Below are positions 29,332-39,591 of a stretch of DNA of 64,000 nucleotides, piece after piece. The DNA comes from a virus (taxonomy: Duplodnaviria; Caudoviricetes), in IMG/VR virus record IMGVR_UViG_3300030419_006472, positions 1 through 64,000 of that record; one strand, written 5' to 3'. Positions within the stretch are counted from its first letter, which is position 1. Every line of letters begins with the position of its first letter. The translations under genes and the position numbers were made by a program. The notes under the pieces were generated by a model, which saw only the letters and a program-made list of their open reading frames with translations, did no database searches and had not been told where the DNA came from.

Positions 29332-30579
29332 ATGCCGAAGAAAGGAATAAAAGGATTTACAGAGTGGAGTTTAGAGTCATCAGATAGACGACCTCCACCG
29401 ACAGCACCTGTTGGGTTGGCACAACCAGCTCCTGTGAAAATGAATAAAAAAAATATGAAAATAGCAATATTAATGTTTGGACAACCTAGGTTTTTAAAAC
29501 AAACTATTAATTTAATAAAGGATGAATTTGACCTACCTGGTCACGAAGTACATTATTTCGCTCATTGGTGGAATAGTATTGGGTATCTACCTAACGGTAA
29601 AGAAGAAATATATGATAAAAAAGAAATATATGATTTAGTAGAAGAAAAACTACCCAATTCAGTTCTTCCTAATAAACCATCACAGAGAAACATAATTATA
29701 CAAGATTATGAAAATTTAGATGAAACGTGTAATCATATATTAAATTTTATAAGATTACATAAACGAAATTTACCAATAAGCATAAACTGTGCAATTGAAA
29801 ATTTAAGATATAAATTCGGACAACATCAGAGTATGAAATGGGCTTTTAGACGTATTTTATCATACGAAAAAGAAAATGATTTTAAATATGATGTAGTTAT
29901 TAAAGTAAGAACAGATATTGTATATAAATCAAAAGACACATATGAAAGTGAAGAAGAGTATTATGCTGCAAAAGAAGAGTTATATACAGATTTATGCTTC
30001 AATGTTCCTCATTTAAAATGTACAGCGCTTAGATATGTAGATCTCACAGAAAGACGTAAAGATAAAGCAGGTAGTGTTGGTAAAGATAACAACATAGGTA
30101 TGTTTAGATTTTATAAAAATAATATATCGTTTGAGAGACGATCTATTATACAAAAACACAAAAATGGAACATTCGAAAAACATATAAAAACAGCCTACGA
30201 TCCGGAAAATGAATGTCATTGGATTAAGCATACTGAGGACTATAATAAAAGATTAGCATTTAATGATTGGACATTAATATGTAACCGAGATGCTGCAGAG
30301 ATAATGTATTGTAATTGGTTTGAAAATTACTTTCTTACCTTATCGAAAGATATAAAAAATAATAATACCAATAATTGGTTTATTTCTCAATCTGATCATT
30401 GTCTACAAGGTCAGATGTTACTTAATTACAACTTAGCTGCTGAAAGAATATCTCCTAGAAGAGATGCGAGATTAATTCATCCAAAAATAATAAAAAAGGA
30501 TATTAAAACTGGAGGGAAGATTAAAGCTGAATCAGAAGCTCAAATTAGAAAGGATATATTAACGCATAAATTTTCGTGA
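29332..30579 (+). CDS. Putative glycosyltransferase, 'GQPR' family paralog 2
   Basis: IAILMFGQPRF, YFAHWW, GQHQS, YDVVIKVRTD, NDW. Confidence 0.6.
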   Translation: MPKKGIKGFTEWSLESSDRRPPPTAPVGLAQPAPVKMNKKNMKIAILMFGQPRFLKQTINLIKDEFDLPGHEVHYFAHWWNSIGYLPNGKEEIYDKKEIYDLVEEKLPNSVLPNKPSQRNIIIQDYENLDETCNHILNFIRLHKRNLPISINCAIENLRYKFGQHQSMKWAFRRILSYEKENDFKYDVVIKVRTDIVYKSKDTYESEEEYYAAKEELYTDLCFNVPHLKCTALRYVDLTERRKDKAGSVGKDNNIGMFRFYKNNISFERRSIIQKHKNGTFEKHIKTAYDPENECHWIKHTEDYNKRLAFNDWTLICNRDAAEIMYCNWFENYFLTLSKDIKNNNTNNWFISQSDHCLQGQMLLNYNLAAERISPRRDARLIHPKIIKKDIKTGGKIKAESEAQIRKDILTHKFS

Positions 30580-31406
30580 AAAAAATTTGTCATATTAGAT
30601 GTAACGATAAGTACTGGGAGGGGTTGAATGTATATCCATTATTTTCAAAACCTAAGCACCAGTATAATTATTATCTTAATATAATTAAATTATGGGATGA
30701 TAATTTAAAAATAAAGTATTTACCTTTTAGAAAGCGTATACGAGATTTAGTTCTTGATCGTATTTTTAATATGGAGTGCTTCGATGTTGTATTAGAAAGT
30801 AATCAACACTGTGAAAAATATCTTAACGAAAACTCAAGTAGTAATATTTTATTTTTTCAACAAGACGATGATGACATCTTTTTAAAATTACCCGAAGTTA
30901 CTGAGTTAACTGAAGGTATTAATATTTTTAATTACAGTTTTTTAGATCCTGTAGGTGGTCGACGAAAGCCAGGGTATAGAAACCGAGTTTTCGGTTTTAA
31001 AAACCCAATGAACAAAATACAAAGTAATCATAGTTTAATTTTTAATAAAAATAATAATATTGATCTACAGGAACATAAAATATATAAAGCAGATCATTCA
31101 ATATATACCGAGATATTAGAACCTTTACGTATCCAACGTAAATTAGGTGCTGTGGGGAAATTAAATTCAGAGATTCCGTATAATTATAGAATTATAGAAT
31201 ACCCAATATCAATTCAATTTTATCACTTACACAGTATTTCATTATGGAAGCATCAATTTAAATTTTCTAATACTAATTATACAGAAGAAAGTCAATTTAT
31301 AAAATATGTAGAAAGATATATTAAAGAGACTGAAGATTTATATTTACAGTATAAAGACATACCGTTGTTTGAAGAGATAAACAATTTATATCGAATATTA
31401 TTATGA
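30576..31406 (+). CDS. Hypothetical protein, possible GT-A
   Basis: FFQQDDDDIF acidic motif; island context. Confidence 0.5.
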   Translation: MKKICHIRCNDKYWEGLNVYPLFSKPKHQYNYYLNIIKLWDDNLKIKYLPFRKRIRDLVLDRIFNMECFDVVLESNQHCEKYLNENSSSNILFFQQDDDDIFLKLPEVTELTEGINIFNYSFLDPVGGRRKPGYRNRVFGFKNPMNKIQSNHSLIFNKNNNIDLQEHKIYKADHSIYTEILEPLRIQRKLGAVGKLNSEIPYNYRIIEYPISIQFYHLHSISLWKHQFKFSNTNYTEESQFIKYVERYIKETEDLYLQYKDIPLFEEINNLYRILL

Positions 31407-32167
31407 GCAAAAGAAGATGTAACACTGATAACGCCGACGTGTTTATAGGGGCATGGCATAAAACAGGTATTAACGCGATTAAATCCCTTTTTAGATTATA
31501 CAAAGAGGACGTACCAACATTCGAATTTCAATTTAAAAAGAAATTAGGAATAGGGTTTAATCATTACGTACTAGAACATAGTAAAGTCATACTTTGTATT
31601 AGAAATCCATATGAAACTATAGTCTCAGGTATGAGATACCATCAAAAAACTAAAGAAAAATGGTGTATACAGCCTCACGAAAGATATGGAGGGATAAGTT
31701 ACAAAGAACATATAAGCAATCTAGAAACTGAAGAAGAAAAATTACTATTTGAGATGAGAGAAAACGCTTATTTGACGATTACTAGCATGTATGATTTTGT
31801 AAGAGACCATTCTCAATACGAAATATATTCAAAGACTAGTAAAAATATAAAGGAAAAAACACCCGACGGGACTTGGCGTGAAAAAGGTTATAATATAAAT
31901 GATAATATTGTTTTTATAAGGCTAGAGCAATTTGAAACCGAGGAAGGACGACAAGAAATAGTTGATACTATTACTTCTCATGTACCTAATATGGATAAAG
32001 ACATATTAGCAGAATGTATTCAAGCTCATGGTAGAAAAAAATTCAATAAAACTCACGACGGTTCTGGATATACATACGACCAACATTTTACTGGTAAACT
32101 ATACCACGAATTTGATGAATTGTTTCCTGAAGATTTGTTTGAGGTTTTAGGATATCAGCGTAAATAA
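31403..32167 (+). CDS. Sulfotransferase-like protein
   Basis: 5'-PSB-like HKTG, 3'-PB-like IRNPYETIVSG, IRLE, terminal LGY. Confidence 0.7.
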   Translation: MSKRRCNTDNADVFIGAWHKTGINAIKSLFRLYKEDVPTFEFQFKKKLGIGFNHYVLEHSKVILCIRNPYETIVSGMRYHQKTKEKWCIQPHERYGGISYKEHISNLETEEEKLLFEMRENAYLTITSMYDFVRDHSQYEIYSKTSKNIKEKTPDGTWREKGYNINDNIVFIRLEQFETEEGRQEIVDTITSHVPNMDKDILAECIQAHGRKKFNKTHDGSGYTYDQHFTGKLYHEFDELFPEDLFEVLGYQRK

Positions 32168-32173
32168 TTTATT

Positions 32174-33133
32174 ATGATACCATCTACGAACGAGGTTAGA
32201 ATAGAAACATCTACTGCTTGTAATGCAGGATGTGTTTTTTGCCCTCATCCTACTGAAGATTTTGTCCGTAAAAGAGAGGTAATGTCCTTAGATGATTATA
32301 AATTTTATTTAGATAAAGTATTAAACGAGATAGGGGATCAAATTCAAGAAACTACGTTTTCTGGGTTTGGTGAAATTTTTATAGACAAAGGCATTATCGA
32401 AAAGATTGCTTACGCTGGCAAAACCGACCTACTTATACATCTTTTAACAAACGGGTCTATGCTTACCCCAGAACGTATAGACAAAATATATGAAATTGGA
32501 GTTAAGGATATAAGAGTAAGTCTTCATACTACAAACCCTGATAGTTATGGTAGAGTCATGCGGTATAAATCTTCAGGATTTGATTTCGATTCAGTCATGA
32601 AAAATGTTAATTATGCTATTGAAAATAAACCAGAGGAATCTGATATTATAATTACAGCCGATATAGTTGAGGAGAATAAAGAAGATGTAGAGCAAATGAT
32701 TGAATATTTTAAAGACAGATGTTCTCTTGAAGTGTGGTATCCTCATAACTGGGTTTACGGTAAGACTTATAGAGATAAAACTAAAGAAAATACTTTAAAA
32801 TCTTGTGGCAGACCGTTTAATGGACCTATACAAATTCAAATAGACGGAGATATAATTATGTGTTGTTTTGATTTTAATAATGAACTGGTCTTAGGTAATT
32901 TTAAACGTCAAACATTAGAAGAGATATTCAACGGAAAGGTTTTTCAAGAACTTTATAATCATCATGATAATGGTACCTGCACAAAATCAGATTTTATTTG
33001 TAAAAATTGCGATCAACTTAAAGATAAAAGTGATATTGTTATATATAACAACAGGGTAGAGGATAAACAAAAACGAGCGACACAGACCAGTACGGTATTA
33101 AAAGAACTAAAACCTGAATTGAGTAATGGCTGA
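32174..33133 (+). CDS. Radical SAM/SPASM protein
   Basis: CNAGCVFC, GFGE, LTNG, C.RPF...DG...CCFD...LGN, CKNC. Confidence 0.9.
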   Translation: MIPSTNEVRIETSTACNAGCVFCPHPTEDFVRKREVMSLDDYKFYLDKVLNEIGDQIQETTFSGFGEIFIDKGIIEKIAYAGKTDLLIHLLTNGSMLTPERIDKIYEIGVKDIRVSLHTTNPDSYGRVMRYKSSGFDFDSVMKNVNYAIENKPEESDIIITADIVEENKEDVEQMIEYFKDRCSLEVWYPHNWVYGKTYRDKTKENTLKSCGRPFNGPIQIQIDGDIIMCCFDFNNELVLGNFKRQTLEEIFNGKVFQELYNHHDNGTCTKSDFICKNCDQLKDKSDIVIYNNRVEDKQKRATQTSTVLKELKPELSNG

Positions 33134-33884
33134 ATATCAAAAGATTTCTGATTGGACCATTTTAAAAAGTGAAGAGGATACTGCCATGGTGCAGCATGCC
33201 AAAGTAGGTATAGATAACTGTGTATGGCATGAGAGATATATAGATGATATTTTATTACCATACTTTTTAACAGGTAAACGACGCACTGTAATTGATATTG
33301 GTTCTAGTTACGGTTGGATGGCTGTTTCTTTTGCAAAACATTTTGATGAAGTAAAGTGTTTTGAAGTTAGAGAGGATATAAGAGATGCTCTTAAGGAAAA
33401 TGTTAGTAGATTTTCTAATGTGGAAGTTTTTGATTGCGGTGTAAGCAGTGAGGAAAAATATGTTAGGGTAAATAAGAAGAAAGTTACAGGAGTAACTCGT
33501 ATTGCCCAGAGACGATTTAGCGACACTGGTGCACCAATTATAGGTAAAGATGAATATGTAATAGAAAAACCGCAACATAAAAACGGTATTCTAGTACGTC
33601 CGCTTGATAGCTATAATTTTGAAAATGTGGATTGTATAAAGCTTGATATTGAAGACCATGAATATTATGCAATACTCGGTGCTCAAGAGACTATAAAAAA
33701 ATGGAAACCAGTATTAATTCTTGAAATATCATTTATAAGAAGGAGACATTTAAGTTTCTTTAAACCTAGACAACGCATATTTAAATTACTAGACGACCTC
33801 GATTATCAAATAGCAGATATAAGAGGCGGTGATGTTATTTTTACACATAAGAATCTAACTCACTATGATGCGTTAGGCCTGTAA
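33126..33884 (+). CDS. FkbM-family methyltransferase
   Basis: VIDIGSSYG, CFE, LDSY, IKLDIEDHE...GA..TI....PV..LE. Confidence 0.85.
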   Translation: MAEYQKISDWTILKSEEDTAMVQHAKVGIDNCVWHERYIDDILLPYFLTGKRRTVIDIGSSYGWMAVSFAKHFDEVKCFEVREDIRDALKENVSRFSNVEVFDCGVSSEEKYVRVNKKKVTGVTRIAQRRFSDTGAPIIGKDEYVIEKPQHKNGILVRPLDSYNFENVDCIKLDIEDHEYYAILGAQETIKKWKPVLILEISFIRRRHLSFFKPRQRIFKLLDDLDYQIADIRGGDVIFTHKNLTHYDALGL

Positions 33885-34788
33885 CTTCGATAGTTGTGTT
33901 TTCTTTTCTATCTATCCAAGATTTCTTACATTTATCTTTTAAATATAAGCGTATATATCTTCTTTCCTTTCCTACTAAATGTATGTTATTATATATAGCT
34001 GCATTACCCCATACAACATCCTGTTTTTTATGAGATTCGAGCTCTTTTTCTAACTTATTTACAGAGTCAAAAATAAGTGTTCTTAAATACGTTTGATACC
34101 AAGTATTAAACAAATAATACGCAGCAGATCTCGTTGCAGACATAGTGTTAATATCATACCTAATATTTTCATATATACTTTCACCTGTTAGTGTTACTCC
34201 AGGTATATATTCTTTTAATTGATGGTTTTTAAATCCGTTTAATTCCTGTACAAATTTTCGTATTTTTAAATTTGTTACTAATGCAAAATTTGTATTTATT
34301 TTATCTTCAGGAATAATGTAATTATCAAGTTTATCGCTATTGCTATAAATATAATCCGTTTTCGTTCTTATGACAACATCGTATTTAAAATTATTTTCTT
34401 GTTCATATTCTTCCATCAATGAATATGCTCTTTTATTACTAAACCATTGACCGAATTCATACCGATATTTGTCTTTTACAGCCTTAAGCAATATTTTATC
34501 ACTAACCAAAAAGGTATTTAAATTTTTAAACAAAAAAACTAAATTATCTAATTCAGAATAATCTTCAATTTTATATTTTTTAGGTTCTAAATAATGTATA
34601 TATTTTTCTAAATTATCATCAGTTGTATAATCTTTAGTTTTTTCGCATTGAGGTGAAAATCCTACAACGTTCCAAAAATGTATAAAAAAATCAACTTGTA
34701 CATTAGGAATATTAAACTCTTCTTTTATTCTTTTATATGTTAAATTTAGAAATCTAGGTTGTGCGCATAATAAAACAGCTATTCTCAT
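33841..34788 (-). CDS. Putative glycosyltransferase, 'GQPR' family paralog 3
   Basis: IAVLLCAQPRF, FFIHFW, GQWFS, YDVVIRTKTD. Confidence 0.6.
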   Translation of the reverse strand: MRIAVLLCAQPRFLNLTYKRIKEEFNIPNVQVDFFIHFWNVVGFSPQCEKTKDYTTDDNLEKYIHYLEPKKYKIEDYSELDNLVFLFKNLNTFLVSDKILLKAVKDKYRYEFGQWFSNKRAYSLMEEYEQENNFKYDVVIRTKTDYIYSNSDKLDNYIIPEDKINTNFALVTNLKIRKFVQELNGFKNHQLKEYIPGVTLTGESIYENIRYDINTMSATRSAAYYLFNTWYQTYLRTLIFDSVNKLEKELESHKKQDVVWGNAAIYNNIHLVGKERRYIRLYLKDKCKKSWIDRKENTTIEVTGLTHHSELDSYV

Positions 34789-34790
34789 GA

Positions 34791-35621
34791 TTAAAGTACC
34801 TCCAATTTAAATTGATTAGTTCTACCTACAAACCGCGGATGACTTTGGTGAAGAATCGGCCATACTCTATGTATGTTAGTATGATATAAAATATAATTTG
34901 CTAGTTCAGCGTGACTACTACCTTTCCATACTGGGACTTTATTAGTATACATACCCATACCTATAGGTATTTTAGGAAAATGTTCAAACATACTATTAAA
35001 AACAGTAGCGTTACCTAGCAAGTAAACATGGTATATCCATGGTTCTTTTCTACCTGGAACAAAAGACATTCTTTCTACAAGCAATGAATCTCTTTCAGTA
35101 ATATATTTACAGTAAAATTCTAATGTTCTATTAGTAATTGACTGATCATCAAATAAACAATCAGTTTTTACAATGAGAATTAAATCATATTTGTCTTTAT
35201 TTTTAATTACGTTAAAGCTCTGAGCCATACTGTATAATTGTGAGAAAGATGGAGTGTTTGAGTACTTAACTGCAAGTTTTATATCTTCACTAGACATAAA
35301 TTCATTACTAGGGTTGAATTTATCTATATATTTGTCAAGTACATTTTTATTTTCTATTTTATAATTTATAGGTTGAAGTACGTTTAATAGTTCTTTATGC
35401 TGTAGATTAGATTTAATAACACAGACATCCTCTAAATCTGCTTTATTTTGTATTAACTCAATCATATTTCTACATCTACGAGTAATATTATCCCATAAAT
35501 GAAAATACACATCTACATTAAATTTATTTTGATCTAAATTTTTAAACTTTTCAAGATTTTTTGCAGCGTTATTTTCCCAATTTCTCGCCTCACCATAAAA
35601 AGTTATAGCTATATTATACAT
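34791..35621 (-). CDS. Putative glycosyltransferase, 'GQPR' family paralog 4
   Basis: IAITFYGEAR, VYFHLWD, SQLYS, YDLILIVKTD. Confidence 0.6.
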   Translation of the reverse strand: MYNIAITFYGEARNWENNAAKNLEKFKNLDQNKFNVDVYFHLWDNITRRCRNMIELIQNKADLEDVCVIKSNLQHKELLNVLQPINYKIENKNVLDKYIDKFNPSNEFMSSEDIKLAVKYSNTPSFSQLYSMAQSFNVIKNKDKYDLILIVKTDCLFDDQSITNRTLEFYCKYITERDSLLVERMSFVPGRKEPWIYHVYLLGNATVFNSMFEHFPKIPIGMGMYTNKVPVWKGSSHAELANYILYHTNIHRVWPILHQSHPRFVGRTNQFKLEVL

Positions 35622-35625
35622 ATTT

Positions 35626-36486
35626 TTAATAATGACTATATTTTCTTTTTTGCTCGTTATAATAAGTTGGCATTTGATGCAATTTATATTTTAACGCATT
35701 ATGTAAGTGTCCGTGGACTTTGACTTTAGCATGATTTAAAATTAAATTCATAAATACTGTGTGATCGTTCGTGACGCTTAAATGAGGACCCCCTCTATAA
35801 TAATATAAATCTGGTATAATTTTTTGCGGGTAATTTTCCCATATATTTTTACCTAATGTTTTTGAGTTACCAAAAAATAATGAAAACTCAGGTATAATTA
35901 AAGTTTTATGTTTTACGCTCCATACTTCCATATTAGGTAGAAATATTTGTTCTTGAAAATTTGATCTTTCAGATACTTTTTTAATATGCGCAAAGGTAGG
36001 ATGACACCTAAATTCTACATCAGTTCTTGTTTTAATAATTAAATCGTATTTAATATTATTCTTTTCTTCATATTCTATTCTCATTAATTGATTCTTACAT
36101 AAACTATGTAATTGAGAATAACCAGGTGTATTAGAGTAGTAAATTTGATTTTTTAATATTTCTTTTGTATCATATCTAGGATTTGGTTCATTTAAATTAC
36201 AAACATAATCCCATATGTAATCTATTTCTTCATCCATTTCTTTTTTATCACCTAAATGACCTACAGTAGAAGGATATAATTTTTCTATCTCTTCTGCGGT
36301 TACATACTCTACAAATGGATCTTGAGATTTATGATTACGTTGACGTTTAGTAACATGATCCCATATATGATAAAAAACATCAACACGTACATCATATCCC
36401 TCGACAGCTTCTCTAAATTTTCTAAGACTTTCAGCTCCTATTTCTTTCATCCGCGGCTCGCCGCATATACATATTGCTATATTCAT
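35626..36486 (-). CDS. Putative glycosyltransferase, 'GQPR' family paralog 5
   Basis: IAICICGEPR, VFYHIWD, SQLHS, YDLIIKTRTD. Confidence 0.6.
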   Translation of the reverse strand: MNIAICICGEPRMKEIGAESLRKFREAVEGYDVRVDVFYHIWDHVTKRQRNHKSQDPFVEYVTAEEIEKLYPSTVGHLGDKKEMDEEIDYIWDYVCNLNEPNPRYDTKEILKNQIYYSNTPGYSQLHSLCKNQLMRIEYEEKNNIKYDLIIKTRTDVEFRCHPTFAHIKKVSERSNFQEQIFLPNMEVWSVKHKTLIIPEFSLFFGNSKTLGKNIWENYPQKIIPDLYYYRGGPHLSVTNDHTVFMNLILNHAKVKVHGHLHNALKYKLHQMPTYYNEQKRKYSHY

Positions 36487-37136
36487 AGTGATTTTAAATA
36501 TTTTTCGGCAACAACAAAGTCTTCATGTGTATCTAAATCAATACACTCCGCTCTATCGTTAATTATATAAAAATACGGAGTAGCACCTACACGACATCTA
36601 AACCTATCATACGCACTTTTCGATATACCATATAAACCGGTTGTCTCCTTTATAACAGGTGTAGCGTCTTGAGATCTAGGTAAGATATTAGGCTGATAAT
36701 TTACAGGATGATCTTTATGCCAAAACCACCCAAATTCTTCTGTAGCTGTAAGTATAGAATCATGCTTTGAACTATGAGTTAACTTATGTACACATTCTCT
36801 AATAGTTTCTGGCTTTAAAAACGGTGCTGTAGCATATAATTGAAAGTAAAAATCGTAATGCCCTATAAAATCTATATCATAGTGAAAGACATCATTACCA
36901 TTTGCAGTGTCTAATGTGAGTTCAGGTTTACGTTTAATGCATATTACCTGATTTTTTACACAATAACTATTAATCTCAGGACTATCAGTATCTACATATA
37001 TATCATCAAAACATTCTGCTTGTATACAATGATCAATAATATACTGATATAAAGGCTTACCTCCTAAATCTTTAAAATTCTTATCCTTTACTCTAGTAGA
37101 ATTACTTTTAATTGGAATTGTCGCGCATACTTTCAT
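36483..37136 (-). CDS. Acylneuraminate/ulosonate cytidylyltransferase (NeuA/KdsB family)
   Basis: IPIKSNSTRVKDKN, VDTDS, TAPF, PRSQD, IDLDT.EDF. Confidence 0.88.
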   Translation of the reverse strand: MKVCATIPIKSNSTRVKDKNFKDLGGKPLYQYIIDHCIQAECFDDIYVDTDSPEINSYCVKNQVICIKRKPELTLDTANGNDVFHYDIDFIGHYDFYFQLYATAPFLKPETIRECVHKLTHSSKHDSILTATEEFGWFWHKDHPVNYQPNILPRSQDATPVIKETTGLYGISKSAYDRFRCRVGATPYFYIINDRAECIDLDTHEDFVVAEKYLKSL

Positions 37137-38508
37137 AATTAGATATAAAATTATTCAAATCCTCCGGAGTACCTAGACCCCACATTTTCGGTACATCAAA
37201 AATTTTAATATTTTTTCCATCTTCTATAGCTTCGTTAAACACAGGACAAACATAAAATTCATTATTTGTCCTAATATTTTTATCTATCATTTGCTCAGCA
37301 TATTTTACATAATCAGACCCTTTAGACCAATAATAAATACCAACCGTAGCAATATTAGATATAGGTTTCTTTTCGGCGACTTCTGTAACAAACCCATTAT
37401 CTCCTAATCTTGCATAACTCCATTTAGGATGTGTAGATTTAAAAGTTAAAATACCACCATCTACGTTATCTCCGACCATAGAATACATAAATTCATTACT
37501 GTCCCAATCTACATATTGATCAGAATTAGCCATAATTAACGGTTTATCATTATCAATAAACTCTTTAGCTAATAAAGTAGTACATGCTGCTCCCTCTGTT
37601 ATACCTTCAACTTGTACAATTGTGCATTTCGGTGCTATGTTTTCTAGTACTGTTTGTAAATGATATTTGTCATAATGAGATTTTTGGACAATAAAAATAT
37701 AATTGGCTTCAATATTTAAATTGTCCACCACTGTCTGTATCATCGGTTTACCGTTTACATCAACTAACGGCTTTGGAAAGGTGTAACCAGCTTTTTCAAA
37801 CCGTGTACCAGCACCAGCCATGGGAATTAATACATTCATATCACCACCTAACCATTTAGGTTTTATTTCTTCCATAGTCTTATCTTTATTTTTAATAAAA
37901 TTAGTTATATAATTAAATGTTACCTCTTCTGGCCCTGTTACAGGACACAGATGTGAACCACTTCTAATAGCTCCTTTTCTCCCGGTATGTGAATCTTCAA
38001 CAATTACAGTTTCATCTGGATTAGTCTTTGTATGTATCATACATCTCATATACATTTCTGCATTAGGTTTACAGAGAAACACATCTTCATTAGTTAATAC
38101 ATAATCACAATACTTAAGTACCCCTATTTTATCAAGACATGTCCATACTGTTCGACGTATTGCATTAGATGCAATTGATATTTTTAATCCTTCATCTTTT
38201 AAAAATTTAAATAACCGTTGTAAATCTAAATTCTCTTGCAAAGATTGAAGACGTTCTGTTGTAAATTGTTGTTTTAATTGCCAAATTTCATCATACTTGC
38301 TCTCTGGAAGCTGCTTGGCCTTAGTTAACAATTTAAGTTTTGCGGTAGTTGTATGACCGTCATATGAAGATAGATGCTCTTCTCGAGAAATAACATAGGA
38401 CTCACCAATTGAACGTAAGGCATCATTAAATGCGTAATAATGTAAATCTCTACTATCTAGTAAAACACCGTCAAGATCAAAAATAACGTGTTTTATATAA
38501 TTGTACAT
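37108..38508 (-). CDS. HAD phosphatase fused to sugar/polyol-phosphate nucleotidyltransferase
   Basis: N-terminal FDLDGVL, KP, VEDS; C-terminal IPMAGAGTRF..PKPL, EKKPIS, LGTPEDL. Confidence 0.88.
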   Translation of the reverse strand: MYNYIKHVIFDLDGVLLDSRDLHYYAFNDALRSIGESYVISREEHLSSYDGHTTTAKLKLLTKAKQLPESKYDEIWQLKQQFTTERLQSLQENLDLQRLFKFLKDEGLKISIASNAIRRTVWTCLDKIGVLKYCDYVLTNEDVFLCKPNAEMYMRCMIHTKTNPDETVIVEDSHTGRKGAIRSGSHLCPVTGPEEVTFNYITNFIKNKDKTMEEIKPKWLGGDMNVLIPMAGAGTRFEKAGYTFPKPLVDVNGKPMIQTVVDNLNIEANYIFIVQKSHYDKYHLQTVLENIAPKCTIVQVEGITEGAACTTLLAKEFIDNDKPLIMANSDQYVDWDSNEFMYSMVGDNVDGGILTFKSTHPKWSYARLGDNGFVTEVAEKKPISNIATVGIYYWSKGSDYVKYAEQMIDKNIRTNNEFYVCPVFNEAIEDGKNIKIFDVPKMWGLGTPEDLNNFISNYESMRDNSN

Positions 38509-38914
38509 AGTCGGAGCAAATACCCTTACAATTATAATTAGGAGGATTTTTCGAATTATCTACAATAATGCAATTTTCTGAAGCGTATTTACCTGGATAC
38601 GTCCAAATAAACCGCTCCGAAGTAATAGTATATTGATCTGTTTCATGCCAAAAGCAATGTATGTTACGATTTTTTAACATCATCTGTAATGCTTCTAAAT
38701 TTTTAGCATGACACCATAGATGAGGATGTTCAAGTGCATACTCCTTAATACGAATTTTCGGTTCATCATGTCCTAATAAATATTCACCGTTTATAAACCA
38801 AACATCTATCTCGCAATGAAATCCTAAGTCTAATACCGTTTGAATTTGGAGAGGTTTATTCTCTAATTTAGAATTTTTACCAGTTAAATTACCTCTATGA
38901 GAGATTAAAATCAT
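38477..38914 (-). CDS. GDPD/PLC-like phosphodiesterase-fold protein
   Basis: ISHRGN, EN, EIDVW, LGHD, HAKN, ICSD. Confidence 0.7.
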   Translation of the reverse strand: MILISHRGNLTGKNSKLENKPLQIQTVLDLGFHCEIDVWFINGEYLLGHDEPKIRIKEYALEHPHLWCHAKNLEALQMMLKNRNIHCFWHETDQYTITSERFIWTYPGKYASENCIIVDNSKNPPNYNCKGICSDYVQLYKTRYF

Positions 38915-39591
38915 TTTACATCCTCGATCCTCTTTATTCCGTCAATAAGAAAAAGTGTATCCATTGATAAAGCTAAAAACTCTGAATCCCTGTAAATGTC
39001 TAATTGATCTTCAATATTTTTAACTATGTGATAACCAAGTTTATTTCCGACTTTCGATTTTAATTTTTCTATAGCTGTTTTATATACAGGGGAATCAAAA
39101 TTACCAACACATCCTAAGCTTGCAGATAAATCATATGGTCCAACCATAAAATAATCAAAATCTACTTCTGCGATAATGCTTATATTATCTAAACCTGCCC
39201 GTGTTTCTATTTGAGCTACAACTATAGGGTCACGTTTTTTAAAATCTTTATTACCCCACTCATTCTCTCTGACTAACCCTTGCCCTCTACTACCTTTAGG
39301 TGGATAGAAACAGTAATCATAATACTCTTTAGCTTTAAAATAATTCTGTACTGTTGAAAATATAACTCCTGATACACCAGCGTCTAAACTCATTCGAATA
39401 ACAGTCTTATCTAACCAAGTAACTCTAATAAAACATAATTTGTTTTTAAGTAAACATACCTGTATACAGGTATACAGCGTCTCATTATTAAAGCATCCAT
39501 GTTCAAGATCGAAGACTACTCCGTCAAGTGTAGAGTTACATAATATCTCTGTAATTGTTGGACTAGGAAGTTGTTGCCATAAGAGTCTCAT
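38911..39591 (-). CDS. HpcH/HpaI pyruvate-dependent aldolase
   Basis: DLEHG, LDAGVSGV, YPP.G.RG, QIET, VGPYDLSASLG. Confidence 0.92.
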   Translation of the reverse strand: MRLLWQQLPSPTITEILCNSTLDGVVFDLEHGCFNNETLYTCIQVCLLKNKLCFIRVTWLDKTVIRMSLDAGVSGVIFSTVQNYFKAKEYYDYCFYPPKGSRGQGLVRENEWGNKDFKKRDPIVVAQIETRAGLDNISIIAEVDFDYFMVGPYDLSASLGCVGNFDSPVYKTAIEKLKSKVGNKLGYHIVKNIEDQLDIYRDSEFLALSMDTLFLIDGIKRIEDVK

